Source: Auanema rhodensis (taxonomy: Eukaryota; Animalia; Nematoda). Taken from it: a DNA stretch of 64,000 bases. Below the pieces are notes generated by a model. The model did no database searches. It was not told where the DNA came from and saw only the letters and a list, made by a program, of their open reading frames with translations. Below are positions 19,101 to 34,100 of the stretch, piece after piece. The stretch lies in NCBI GenBank assembly GCA_964057225.1, contig OZ059895.1, forward strand, positions 23,250,001-23,314,000, in the 5' to 3' direction. Every line of letters starts with the position of its first letter. Within the stretch, counting starts at the first letter, position 1. The position numbers and the translations under genes were made by a program.

Positions 19101-22100
19101 CACTTATATCCTCGATTTTCACCCTGAAGAATTAATTTTTTCGTTGAATAACAATGTTCATCGTCTTTGCCTTGAAAAAAGGAATCTAAAAACATCTACT
19201 TTTTGCTAAATTATTTTGAAATTTTTCGAAAAACTTTTTGTCAAAATGTTTTTGGAAGCAATGTTGAGTGTACATGGAAACTCAACATACACTAATGCAT
19301 CATTTTTCAAACGATCATAACTAATTTTTGTATTAAGCGTTTCTCAATGTAGTATAGTGCATTCGATGCGGATTTTTAAGCTGCGTCGATCTGTGTTATC
19401 AGATTTGCGCTAGCTTAAAAATGCACCGAGATATCAACTGATATATGTTCACACTTATATCCTCGATTTTCACCCTGAAGAATTAATTTTTTCGTTGAAT
19501 AACAATGTTCATCGTCTTTGCCTTGAAAAAAGGAATCTAAAAACATCTACTTTTTGCTAAATTATTTTGAAATTTTTCGAAAAAATTTTTGTCAAAATGT
19601 TTTTGGAAGCAATGTTGAGTGTACATGGAAACTCAACATACACTAATGCATCATTTTTCAAACGATCATAACTAATTTTTGTATTAAGCGTTTCTCAATG
19701 TAGTATAGTGCATTCGATGCAGATTTTTAAGCTGCGTCGATCTGTGTTATCAGATTTGCGCTAGCTTAAAAATGCACCGAGATATCAACTGATATATGTT
19801 CACACTTATATCCTCGATTTTCACCCTGAAGAATTAATTTTTTCGTTGAATAACAATGTCCATCGTCTTTGCCTTGAAAAAAGGAATCTAAAAACATCTA
19901 CTTTTTGCTAAATTATTTTGAAATTTTTCGAAAAAATTTTTGTCAAAATGTTTTTGGAAGCAATGTTGAGTGTACATGGAAACTCAACATACACTAATGC
20001 ATCATTTTTCAAACGATCATAACTAATTTTTGTATTAATTGTTTCTCAATGTAGTATAGTGCATTCGATGCGGATTTTTAAGCTGCGTCGATCTGTGTTA
20101 TCAGATTTGCGCTAGCTTAAAAATGCACCGAGATATCAACTGATATATGTTCACACTTATATCCTCGATTTTCACCCTGAAGAATTAATTTTTTCGTTGA
20201 ATAACAATGTTCATCGTCTTTGCCTTGAAAAAAGGAATCTAAAAACATCTACTTTTTGCTAAATTATTTTGAAATTTTTCGAAAAAATTTTTGTCAAAAT
20301 GTTTTTGGAAGCAATGTTGAGTGTACATGGAAACTCAACATACACTAATGCATCATTTTTCAAACGATCATAACTAATTTTTGTATTAAGCGTTTCTCAA
20401 TGTAGTATAGTGAATTCGATGCGGATTTTTAAGCTGCGTCGATCTGTGTTATCAGATTTGCGCTAGCTTAAAAATGCACCGAGATATCAACTGATATAAG
20501 TTCACACTTATATCCTCGATTTTCACCCTGAAGAATTAATTTTTTCGTTGAATAACAATGTTCATCGTCTTTGCCTTGAAAAAAGGAATCTAAAAACATC
20601 TACTTTTTGCTAAATTATTTTGAAATTTTTCGAAAAAATTTTTGTCAAAATGTTTTTGGAAGCAATGTTGAGTGTACATGGAAACTCAACATACACTAAT
20701 GCATCATTTTTCAAACGATCATAACTAATTTTTGTATTAAGCGTTTCTCAATGTAGTATAGTGCATTCGATGCGGATTTTTAAGCTGCGTCGATCTGTGT
20801 TATCAGATTTGCGCTAGCTTAAAAATGCACCGAGATATCAACTGATATATGTTCACACTTATATCCTCGATTTTCACCCTGAAGAATTAATTTTTTCGTT
20901 GAATAACAATGTTCATCGTCTTTGCCTTGAAAAAAGGAATCTAAAAACATCTACTTTTTGCTAAATTATTTTGAAATTTTTCGAAAAAATTTTTGTCAAA
21001 ATGTTTTTGGAAGCAATGTTGAGTGTACATGGAAACTCAACATACACTAATGCATCATTTTTCAAACGATCATAACTAATTTTTGTATTAAGCGTTTCTC
21101 AATGTAGTATAGTGCATTCGATGCGGATTTTTAAGCTGCGTCGATCTGTGTTATCAGATTTGCGCTAGCTTAAAAATGCACCGAGATATCAACTGATATA
21201 TGTTCACACTTATATCCTCGATTTTCACCCTGAAGAATTAATTTTTTCGTTGAATAACAATGTTCATCGTCTTTGCCTTGAAAAAAGGAATCTAAAAACA
21301 TCTACTTTTTGCTAAATTATTTTGAAATTTTTCGAAAAAATTTTTGTCAAAATGTTTTTGGAAGCAATGTTGAGTGTACATGGAAACTCAACATACACTA
21401 ATGCATCATTTTTCAAACGATCATAACTAATTTTTGTATTAAGCGTTTCTCAATGTAGTATAGTGCATTCGATGCGGGTTTTTAAGCTGCGTCGATCTGT
21501 GTTATCAGATTTGCGCTAGCTTAAAAATGCACCGAGATATCAACTGATATATGTTCACACTTATATCCTCGATTTTCACCCTGAAGAATTAATTTTTTCG
21601 TTGAATAACAATGTTCATCGTCTTTGCCTTGAAAAAAGGAATCTAAAAACATCTACTTTTTGCTAAATTATTTTGAAATTTTTCGAAAAAATTTTTGTCA
21701 AAATGTTTTTGGAAGCAATGTTGAGTGTACATGGAAACTCAACATACACTAATGCATCATTTTTCAAACGATCATAACTAATTTTTGTATTAAGCGTTTC
21801 TCAATGTAGTATAGTGCATTCGATGCGGATTTTTAAGCTGCGTCGATCTGTGTTATCAGATTTGCGCTAGCTTAAAAATGCACCGAGATATCAACTGATA
21901 TAAGTTCACACTTATATCCTCGATTTTCACCCTGAAGAATTAATTTTTTCGTTGAATAACAATGTTCATCGTCTTTGCCTTGAAAAAAGGAATCTAAAAA
22001 CATCTACTTTTTGCTAAATTATTTTGAAATTTTTCGAAAAAATTTTTGTCAAAATGTTTTTGGAAGCAATGTTGAGTGTACATGGAAACTCAACATACAC

Positions 22101-25100
22101 TAATGCATCATTTTTCAAACGATCATAACTAATTTTTGTATTAAGCGTTTCTCAATGTAGTATAGTGCATTCGATGCGGATTTTTAAGCTGCGTCGATCT
22201 GTGTTATCAGATTTGCGCTAGCTTAAAAATGCACCGAGATATCAACTGATATATGTTCACACTTATATCCTCGATTTTCACCCTGAAGAATTAATTTTTT
22301 CGTTGAATAACAATGTTCATCGTCTTTGCCTTGAAAAAAGGAATCTAAAAACATCTACTTTTTGCTAAATTATTTTGAAATTTTTCGAAAAAATTTTTGT
22401 CAAAATGTTTTTGGAAGCAATGTTGAGTGTACATGGAAACTCAACATACACTAATGCATCATTTTTCAAACGATCATAACTAATTTTTGTATTAAGCGTT
22501 TCTCAATGTAGTATAGTGCATTCGATGCGGATTTTTAAGCTGCGTCGATCTGTGTTATCAGATTTGCGCTAGCTTAAAAATGCACCGAGATATCAACTGA
22601 TATATGTTCACACTTATATCCTCGATTTTCACCCTGAAGAATTAATTTTTTCGTTGAATAACAATGTTCATCGTCTTTGCCTTGAAAAAAGGAATCTAAA
22701 AACATCTACTTTTTGCTAAATTATTTTGAAATTTTTCGAAAAAATTTTTGTCAAAATGTTTTTGGAAGCAATGTTGAGTGTACATGGAAACTCAACATAC
22801 ACTAATGCATCATTTTTCAAACGATCATAACTAATTTTTGTATTAAGCGTTTCTCAATGTAGTATAGTGCATTCGATGCGGGTTTTTAAGCTGCGTCGAT
22901 CTGTGTTATCAGATTTGCGCTAGCTTAAAAATGCACCGAGATATCAACTGATATATGTTCACACTTATATCCTCGATTTTCACCCTGAAGAATTAATTTT
23001 TTCGTTGAATAACAATGTTCATCGTCTTTGCCTTGAAAAAAGGAATCTAAAAACATCTACTTTTTGCTAAATTATTTTGAAATTTTTCGAAAAAATTTTT
23101 GTCAAAATGTTTTTGGAAGCAATGTTGAGTGTACATGGAAACTCAACATACACTAATGCATCATTTTTCAAACGATCATAACTAATTTTTGTATTAAGCG
23201 TTTCTCAATGTAGTATAGTGCATTCGATGCGGATTTTTAAGCTGCGTCGATCTGTGTTATCAGATTTGCGCTAGCTTAAAAATGCACCGAGATATCAACT
23301 GATATATGTTCACACTTATATCCTCGATTTTCACCCTGAAGAATTAATTTTTTCGTTGAATAACAATGTTCATCGTCTTTGCCTTGAAAAAAGGAATCTA
23401 AAAACATCTACTTTTTGCTAAATTATTTTGAAATTTTTCGAAAAAATTTTTGTCAAAATGTTTTTGGAAGCAATGTTGAGTGTACATGGAAACTCAACAT
23501 ACACTAATGCATCATTTTTCAAACGATCATAACTAATTTTTGTATTAAGCGTTTCTCAATGTAGTATAGTGCATTCGATGCGGATTTTTAAGCTGCGTCG
23601 ATCTGTGTTATCAGATTTGCGCTAGCTTAAAAATGCACCGAGATATCAACTGATATATGTTCACACTTATATCCTCGATTTTCACCCTGAAGAATTAATT
23701 TTTTCGTTGAATAACAATGTCCATCGTCTTTGCCTTGAAAAAAGGAATCTAAAAACATCTACTTTTTGCTAAATTATTCTGAAATTTTTCGAAAAAATTT
23801 TTGTCAAAATGTTTTTGGAAGCAATGTTGAGTGTACATGGAAACTCAACATACACTAATGCATCATTTTTCAAACGATCATAACTAATTTTTGTATTGAG
23901 CGTTTCTCAATGTAGTATAGTGCATTCGATGCGGATTTTTAAGCTGCGTCGATCTGTGTTATCAGATTTGCGCTAGCTTAAAAATGCACCGAGATATCAA
24001 CTGATATAAGTTCACACTTATATCCTCGATTTTCACCCTGAAGAATTAATTTTTTCGTTGAATAACAATGTTCATCGTCTTTGCCTTGAAAAAAGGAATC
24101 TAAAAACATCTACTTTTTGCTAAATTATTTTGAAATTTTTCGAAAAAATTTTTGTCAAAATGTTTTTGGAAGCAATGTTGAGTGTACATGGAAACTCAAC
24201 ATACACTAATGCATCATTTTTCAAACGATCATAACTAATTTTTGTATTAAGCGTTTCTCAATGTAGTATAGTGCATTCGATGCAGATTTTTAAGCTGCGT
24301 CGATCTGTGTTATCAGATTTGCGCTAGCTTAAAAATGCACCGAGATATCAACTGATATAAGTTCACACTTATATCCTCGATTTTCACCCTGAAGAATTAA
24401 TTTTTTCGTTGAATAACAATGTCCATCGTCTTTGCCTTGAAACAAGGAATCTAAAAACATCTACTTTTTGCTAAATTATTTTGAAATTTTTCGAAAAAAT
24501 TTTTGTCAAAATGTTTTTGGAAGCAATGTTGAGTGTACATGGAAACTCAACATACACTAATGCATCATTTTTCAAACGATCATAACTAATTTTTGTATTA
24601 AGCGTTTCTCAATGTAGTATAGTGCATTCGATGCGGATTTTTAAGCTGCGTCGATCTGTGTTATCAGATTTGCGCTAGCTTACAAATGCACCGAGATATC
24701 AACTGATATATGTTCACACTTATATCCTCAATTTTCACCCTGAAGAATTAATTTTTTCGTTGAATAACAATGTTCATCGTCTTTGCCTTGAAAAAAAGGA
24801 ATCTAAAAACATCTACTTTTTGCTAAATTATTTTGAAATTTTTCGAAAAAATTTTTGTCAAAATGTTTTTGGAAGCAATGTTGAGTGTACATGGAAACTC
24901 AACATACACTAATGCATCATTTTTCAAACGATCATAACTAATTTTTGTATTAAGCGTTTCTCAATGTAGTATAGTGCATTCGATGCGGATTTTTAAGCTG
25001 CGTCGATCTGTGTTATCAGATTTGCGCTAGCTTAAAAATGCACCGAGATATCAACTGATATATGTTCACACTTATATCCTCGATTTTCACCCTGAAGAAT

Positions 25101-28100
25101 TAATTTTTTCGTTGAATAACAATGTTCATCGTCTTTGCCTTGAAAAAAGGAATCTAAAAACATCTACTTTTTGCTAAATTATTTTGAAATTTTTCGAAAA
25201 ACTTTTTGTCAAAATGTTTTTGGAAGCAATGTTGAGTGTACATGGAAACTCAACATACACTAATGCATCATTTTTCAAACGATCATAACTAATTTTTGTA
25301 TTAAGCGTTTCTCAATGTAGTATAGTGCATTCGATGCGGATTTTTAAGCTGCGTCGATCTGTGTTATCAGATTTGCGCTAGCTTAAAAATGCACCGAGAT
25401 ATCAACTGATATATGTTCACACTTATATCCTCGATTTTCACCCTGAAGAATTAATTTTTTCGTTGAATAACAATGTTCATCGTCTTTGCCTTGAAAAAAG
25501 GAATCTAAAAACATCTACTTTTTGCTAAATTATTTTGAAATTTTTCGAAAAAATTTTTGTCAAAATGTTTTTGGAAGCAATGTTGAGTGTACATGGAAAC
25601 TCAACATACACTAATGCATCATTTTTCAAACGATCATAACTAATTTTTGTATTAAGCGTTTCTCAATGTAGTATAGTGCATTCGATGCAGATTTTTAAGC
25701 TGCGTCGATCTGTGTTATCAGATTTGCGCTAGCTTAAAAATGCACCGAGATATCAACTGATATATGTTCACACTTATATCCTCGATTTTCACCCTGAAGA
25801 ATTAATTTTTTCGTTGAATAACAATGTCCATCGTCTTTGCCTTGAAAAAAGGAATCTAAAAACATCTACTTTTTGCTAAATTATTTTGAAATTTTTCGAA
25901 AAAATTTTTGTCAAAATGTTTTTGGAAGCAATGTTGAGTGTACATGGAAACTCAACATACACTAATGCATCATTTTTCAAACGATCATAACTAATTTTTG
26001 TATTAATTGTTTCTCAATGTAGTATAGTGCATTCGATGCGGATTTTTAAGCTGCGTCGATCTGTGTTATCAGATTTGCGCTAGCTTAAAAATGCACCGAG
26101 ATATCAACTGATATATGTTCACACTTATATCCTCGATTTTCACCCTGAAGAATTAATTTTTTCGTTGAATAACAATGTTCATCGTCTTTGCCTTGAAAAA
26201 AGGAATCTAAAAACATCTACTTTTTGCTAAATTATTTTGAAATTTTTCGAAAAAATTTTTGTCAAAATGTTTTTGGAAGCAATGTTGAGTGTACATGGAA
26301 ACTCAACATACACTAATGCATCATTTTTCAAACGATCATAACTAATTTTTGTATTAAGCGTTTCTCAATGTAGTATAGTGAATTCGATGCGGATTTTTAA
26401 GCTGCGTCGATCTGTGTTATCAGATTTGCGCTAGCTTAAAAATGCACCGAGATATCAACTGATATAAGTTCACACTTATATCCTCGATTTTCACCCTGAA
26501 GAATTAATTTTTTCGTTGAATAACAATGTTCATCGTCTTTGCCTTGAAAAAAGGAATCTAAAAACATCTACTTTTTGCTAAATTATTTTGTTAATTTTTC
26601 GAAAAAATTTTTGTCAAAATGTTTTTGGAAGCAATGTTGAGTGTACATGGAAACTCAACATACACTAATGCATCATTTTTCAAACGATCATAACTAATTT
26701 TTGTATCAAGCGTTTCTCAATGTAGTATAGTGCATTCGATGCGGATTTTTAAGCTGCGTCGATCTGTGTTATCAGATTTGCGCTAGCTTAAAAATGCACC
26801 GAGATATCAACTGATATAAGTTCACACTTATATCCTCGATTTTCACCCTGAAGAATTAATTTTTTCGTTGAATAACAATGTCCATCGTCTTTGCCTTGAA
26901 AAAAGAAATCTAAAAACATCTACTTTTTGCTAAATTATTTTGAAATTTTTCGAAAAAATTTTTGTCAAAATGTTTTTAGAAGCAATGTTGAGTGTACATG
27001 GAAACTCAACATACACTAATGCATCATTTTTCAAACGATCATAACTAATTTTTGTATTAAGCGTTTCTCAATGTAGTATAGTGCATTCGATGCGGATTTT
27101 TAAGCTGCAATGATCTGTGTTATCAGATTTGCGCTAGCTTAAAAATGCACCGAGATATCAACTGATATAAGTTCACACTTATATCCTCGATTTTCACCCT
27201 GAAGAATTAATTTTTTCGTTGAATAACAATGTCCATCGTCTTTGCCTTGAAAAAAGAAATCTAAAAACATCTACTTTTTGCTAAATTATTTTGAAATTTT
27301 TCGAAAAAATTTTTGTCAAAATGTTTTTGGAAGCAATGTTGAGTGTACATGGAAACTCAACATACACTAATGCATCATTTTTCAAACGATCATAACTAAT
27401 TTTTGTATTAAGCGTTTCTCAATGTAGTATAGTGCATTCGATGCGGATTTTTAAGCTGCGTCGATCTGTGTTATCAGATTTGCGCTAGCTTAAAAATGCA
27501 CCGAGATATCAACTGATATAAGTTCACACTTATATCCTCGATTTTCACCCTGAAGAATTAATTTTTTCGTTGAATAACAATGTCCATCGTCTTTGCCTTG
27601 AAAAAAGAAATCTAAAAACATCTACTTTTTGCTAAATTATTTTGAAATTTTTCGAAAAAATTTTTGTCAAAATGTTTTTAGAAGCAATGTTGAGCGTACA
27701 TGGAAACTCAACATACACTAATGCATCATTTTTCAAACGATCATAACTAATTTTTGTATTAAGCGTTTCTCAATGTAGTATAGTGCATTCGATGCGGATT
27801 TTTAAGCTGCAATGATCTGTGTTATCAGATTTGCGCTAGCTTAAAAATGCACCGAGATATCAACTGATATAAGTTCACACTTATATCCTCGATTTTCACC
27901 CTGAAGAATTAATTTTTTCGTTGAATAACAATGTCCATCGTCTTTGCCTTGAAAAAAGAAATCTAAAAACATCTACTTTTTGCTAAATTATTTTGAAATT
28001 TTTCGAAAAAATTTTTGTCAAAATGTTTTTGGAAGCAATGTTGAGTGTACATGGAAACTCAACATACACTAATGCATCATTTTTCAAACGATCATAACTA

Positions 28101-31100
28101 ATTTTTGTATCAAGCGTTTCTCAATGTAGTATAGTGCATTCGATGCGGATTTTTAAGCTGCGTCGATCTGTGTTATCAGATTTGCGCTAGCTTAAAAATG
28201 CACCGAGATATCAACTGATATAAGTTCACACTTATATCCTCGATTTTCACCCTGAAGAATTAATTTTTTCGTTGAATAACAATGTCCATCGTCTTTGCCT
28301 TGAAAAAAGAAATCTAAAAACATCTACTTTTTGCTAAATTATTTTGAAATTTTTCGAAAAAATTTTTGTCAAAATGTTTTTGGAAGCAATGTTGAGTGTA
28401 CATGGAAACTCAACATACACTAATGCATCATTTTTCAAACGATCATAACTAATTTTTGTATTAAGCGTTTCTCAATGTAGTATAGTGCATTCGATGCAGA
28501 TTTTTAAGCTGCGTCGATCTGTGTTATCAGATTTGCGCTAGCTTAGAAATGCACCGAGATATCAACTGATATATGTTCACACTTATATCCTCGATTTTCA
28601 CCCTGAAGAATTAATTTTTTCGTTGAATAACAATGTCCATCGTCTTTGCCTTGAAAAAAGGAATCTAAAAACATCTACTTTTTGCTAAATTATTTTGAAA
28701 TTTTTCGAAAAAATTTTTGTCAAAATGTTTTTGGAAGCAATGTTGAGTGTACATGGAAACTCAACATACACTAATGCATCATTTTTCAAACGATCATAAC
28801 TAATTTTTGTATTAAGCATTTCTCAATGTAGTATAGTGCATTCGATGCGGATTTTTAAGCTGCGTCGATCTGTGTTATCAGATTTGCGCTAGCTTAAAAA
28901 TGCACCGAGATATCAACTGATATAAGTTCACACTTATATCCTCGATTTTCACCCTGAAGAATTAATTTTTTCGTTGAATAACAATGTCCATCGTCTTTGC
29001 CTTGAAAAAAGAAATCTAAAAACATCTACTTTTTGCTAAATTATTTTGAAATTTTTCGAAAAAATTTTTGTCAAAATGTTTTTAGAAGCAATGTTGAGTG
29101 TACATGGAAACTCAACATACACTAATGCATCATTTTTCAAACGATCATAACTAATTTTTGTATTAAGCGTTTCTCAATGTAGTATAGTGCATTCGATGCG
29201 GATTTTTAAGCTGCAATGATCTGTGTTATCAGATTTGCGCTAGCTTAAAAATGCACCGAGATATCAACTGATATATGTTCACACTTATATCCTCGATTTT
29301 CACCCTGAAGAATTAATTTTTTCGTTGAATAACAATGTTCATCGTCTTTGCCTTGAAAAAAGGAATCTAAAAACATCTACTTTTTGCTAAATTATTTTGA
29401 AATTTTTCGAAAAAATTTTTGTCAAAATGTTTTTGGAAGCAATGTTGAGTGTACATGGAAACTCAACATACACTAATGCATCATTTTTCAAACGATCATA
29501 ACTAATTTTTGTATTAAGCGTTTCTTAATGTAGTATAGTGCATTCGATGCGGATTTTTAAGCTGCGTCGATCTGTGTTATCAGATTTGCGCTAGCTTAAA
29601 AATGCACCGAGATATCAACTGATATATGTTCACACTTATATCCTCGATTTTCACCCTGAAGAATTAATTTTTTCGTTGAATAACAATGTTCATCGTCTTT
29701 GCCTTGAAAAAAGGAATCTAAAAACATCTACTTTTTGCTAAATTATTTTGAAATTTTTCGAAAAAATTTTTGTCAAAATGTTTTTGGAAGCAATGTTGAG
29801 TGTACATGGAAACTCAACATACACTAATGCATCATTTTTCAAACGATCATAACTAATTTTTGTATTAAGCGTTTCTCAATGTAGTATAGTGCATTCGATG
29901 CGGATTTTTAAGCTGCAATGATCTGTGTTATCAGATTTGCGCTAGCTTAAAAATGCACCGAGATATCAACTGATATATGTTCACACTTATATCCTCGATT
30001 TTCACCCTGAAGAATTAATTTTTTCGTTGAATAACAATGTTCATCGTCTTTGCCTTGAAAAAAGGAATCTAAAAACATCTACTTTTTGCTAAATTATTTT
30101 GAAATTTTTCGAAAAAATTTTTGTCAAAATGTTTTTGGAAGCAATGTTGAGTGTACATGGAAACTCAACATACACTAATGCATCATTTTTCAAACGATCA
30201 TAACTAATTTTTGTATTAAGCGTTTCTCAATGTAGTATAGTGCATTCGATGCGGATTTTTAAGCTGCGTCGATCTGTGTTATCAGATTTGCGCTAGCTTA
30301 AAAATGCACCGAGATATCAACTGATATATGTTCACACTTATATCCTCGATTTTCACCCTGAAGAATTAATTTTTTCGTTGAATAACAATGTTCATCGTCT
30401 TTGCCTTGAAAAAAGGAATCTAAAAACATCTACTTTTTGCTAAATTATTTTGAAATTTTTCGAAAAAATTTTTGTCAAAATGTTTTTGGAAGCAATGTTG
30501 AGTGTACATGGAAACTCAACATACACTAATGCATCATTTTTCAAACGATCATAACTAATTTTTGTATTAAGCGTTTCTTAATGTAGTATAGTGCATTCGA
30601 TGCGGATTTTTAAGCTGCGTCGATCTGTGTTATCAGATTTGCGCTAGCTTAAAAATGCACCGAGATATCAACTGATATATGTTCACACTTATATCCTCGA
30701 TTTTCACCCTGAAGAATTAATTTTTTCGTTGAATAACAATGTTCATCGTCTTTGCCTTGAAAAAAGGAATCTAAAAACATCTACTTTTTGCTAAATTATT
30801 TTGAAATTTTTCGAAAAAATTTTTGTCAAAATGTTTTTGGAAGCAATGTTGAGTGTACATGGAAACTCAACATACACTAATGCATCATTTTTCAAACGAT
30901 CATAACTAATTTTTGTATTAAGCGTTTCTCAATGTAGTATAGTGCATTCGATGCGGATTTTTAAGCTGCAATGATCTGTGTTATCAGATTTGCGCTAGCT
31001 TAAAAATGCACCGAGATATCAACTGATATATGTTCACACTTATATCCTCGATTTTCACCCTGAAGAATTAATTTTTTCGTTGAATAACAATGTTCATCGT

Positions 31101-34100
31101 CTTTGCCTTGAAAAAAGGAATCTAAAAACATCTACTTTTTGCTAAATTATTTTGAAATTTTTCGAAAAAATTTTTGTCAAAATGTTTTTGGAAGCAATGT
31201 TGAGTGTACATGGAAACTCAACATACACTAATGCATCATTTTTCAAACGATCATAACTAATTTTTGTATTAAGCGTTTCTCAATGTAGTATAGTGCATTC
31301 GATGCGGATTTTTAAGCTGCGTCGATCTGTGTTATCAGATTTGCGCTAGCTTAAAAATGCACCGAGATATCAACTGATATATGTTCACACTTATATCCTC
31401 GATTTTCACCCTGAAGAATTAATTTTTTCGTTGAATAACAATGTTCATCGTCTTTGCCTTGAAAAAAGGAATCTAAAAACATCTACTTTTTGCTAAATTA
31501 TTTTGAAATTTTTCGAAAAAATTTTTGTCAAAATGTTTTTGGAAGCAATGTTGAGTGTACATGGAAACTCAACATACACTAATGCATCATTTTTCAAACG
31601 ATCATAACTAATTTTTGTATTAAGCGTTTCTCAATGTAGTATAGTGCATTCGATGCGGATTTTTAAGCTGCGTCGATCTGTGTTATCAGATTTGCGCTAG
31701 CTTAAAAATGCACCGAGATATCAACTGATATATGTTCACACTTATATCCTCGATTTTCACCCTGAAGAATTAATTTTTTCGTTGAATAACAATGTTCATC
31801 GTCTTTGCCTTGAAAAAAGGAATCTAAAAACATCTACTTTTTGCTAAATTATTTTGAAATTTTTCGAAAAAATTTTTGTCAAAATGTTTTTGGAAGCAAT
31901 GTTGAGTGTACATGGAAACTCAACATACACTAATGCATCATTTTTCAAACGATCATAACTAATTTTTGTATTAAGCGTTTCTCAATGTAGTATAGTGCAT
32001 TCGATGCGGATTTTTAAGCTGCGTCGATCTGTGTTATCAGATTTGCGCTAGCTTAAAAATGCACCGAGATATCAACTGATATATGTTCACACTTATATCC
32101 TCGATTTTCACCCTGAAGAATTAATTTTTTCGTTGAATAACAATGTTCATCGTCTTTGCCTTGAAAAAAGGAATCTAAAAACATCTACTTTTTGCTAAAT
32201 TATTTTGAAATTTTTCGAAAAAATTTTTGTCAAAATGTTTTTGGAAGCAATGTTGAGTGTACATGGAAACTCAACATACACTAATGCATCATTTTTCAAA
32301 CGATCATAACTAATTTTTGTATTAAGCGTTTCTCAATGTAGTATAGTGCATTCGATGCGGATTTTTAAGCTGCGTCGATCTGTGTTATCAGATTTGCGCT
32401 AGCTTAAAAATGCACCGAGATATCAACTGATATATGTTCACACTTATATCCTCGATTTTCACCCTGAAGAATTAATTTTTTCGTTGAATAACAATGTCCA
32501 TCGTCTTTGCCTTGAAAAAAGGAATCTAAAAACATCTACTTTTTGCTAAATTATTTTGAAATTTTTCGAAAAAATTTTTGTCAAAATGTTTTTAGAAGCA
32601 ATGTTGAGTGTACATGGAAACTCAACATACACTAATGCATCATTTTTCAAACGATCATAACTAATTTTTGTATTAAGCGTTTCTCAATGTAGTATAGTGC
32701 ATTCGATGCGGATTTTTAAGCTGCAATGATCTGTGTTATCAGATTTGCGCTAGCTTAAAAATGCACCGAGATATCAACTGATATATGTTCACACTTATAT
32801 CCTCGATTTTCACCCTGAAGAATTAATTTTTTCGTTGAATAACAATGTTCATCGTCTTTGCCTTGAAAAAAGGAATCTAAAAACATCTACTTTTTGCTAA
32901 ATTATTTTGAAATTTTTCGAAAAAATTTTTGTCAAAATGTTTTTGGAAGCAATGTTGAGTGTACATGGAAACTCAACATACACTAATGCATCATTTTTCA
33001 AACGATCATAACTATTTTTTGTATTAAGCGTTTCTCAATGTAGTATAGTGCATTCGATGCGGATTTTTAAGCTGCGTCGATCTGTGTTATCAGATTTGCG
33101 CTAGCTTAAAAATGCACCGAGATATCAACTGATATAAGTTCACACTTATATCCTCGATTTTCACCCTGAAGAATTAATTTTTTCGTTGAATAACAATGTT
33201 CATCGTCTTTGCCTTGAAAAAAGGAATCTAAAAACATCTACTTTTTGCTAAATTATTTTGAAATTTTTCGAAAAAATTTTTGTCAAAATGTTTTTGGAAG
33301 CAATGTTGAGTGTACATGGAAACTCAACATACACTAATGCATCATTTTTCAAACGATCATAACTAATTTTTGTATTAAGCGTTTCTCAATGTAGTATAGT
33401 GCATTCGATGCGGATTTTTAAGCTGCGTCGATCTGTGTTATCAGATTTGCGCTAGCTTAAAAATGCACCGAGATATCAACTGATATATGTTCACACTTAT
33501 ATCCTCGATTTTCACCCTGAAGAATTAATTTTTTCGTTGAATAACAATGTTCATCGTCTTTGCCTTGAAAAAAGGAATCTAAAAACATCTACTTTTTGCT
33601 AAATTATTTTGAAATTTTTCGAAAAAATTTTTGTCAAAATGTTTTTGGAAGCAATGTTGAGTGTACATGGAAACTCAACATACACTAATGCATCATTTTT
33701 CAAACGATCATAACTGATTTTTGTATTAAGCGTTTCTCAATGTAGTATAGTGCATTCGATGCGGATTTTTAAGCTGCGTCGATCTGTGTTATCAGATTTG
33801 CGCTAGCTTAAAAATGCACCGAGATATCAACTGATATAAGTTCACACTTATATCCTCGATTTTCACCCTGAAGAATTAATTTTTTCGTTGAATAACAATG
33901 TCCATCGTCTTTGCCTTGAAAAAAGAAATCTAAAAACATCTACTTTTTGCTAAATTATTTTGAAATTTTTCGAAAAAATTTTTGTCAAAATGTTTTTGGA
34001 AGCAATGTTGAGTGTATATGGAAACTCAACATACACTAATGCATCATTTTTCAAACGATCATAACTAATTTTTGTATTAAGCGTTTCTCAATGTAGTATA

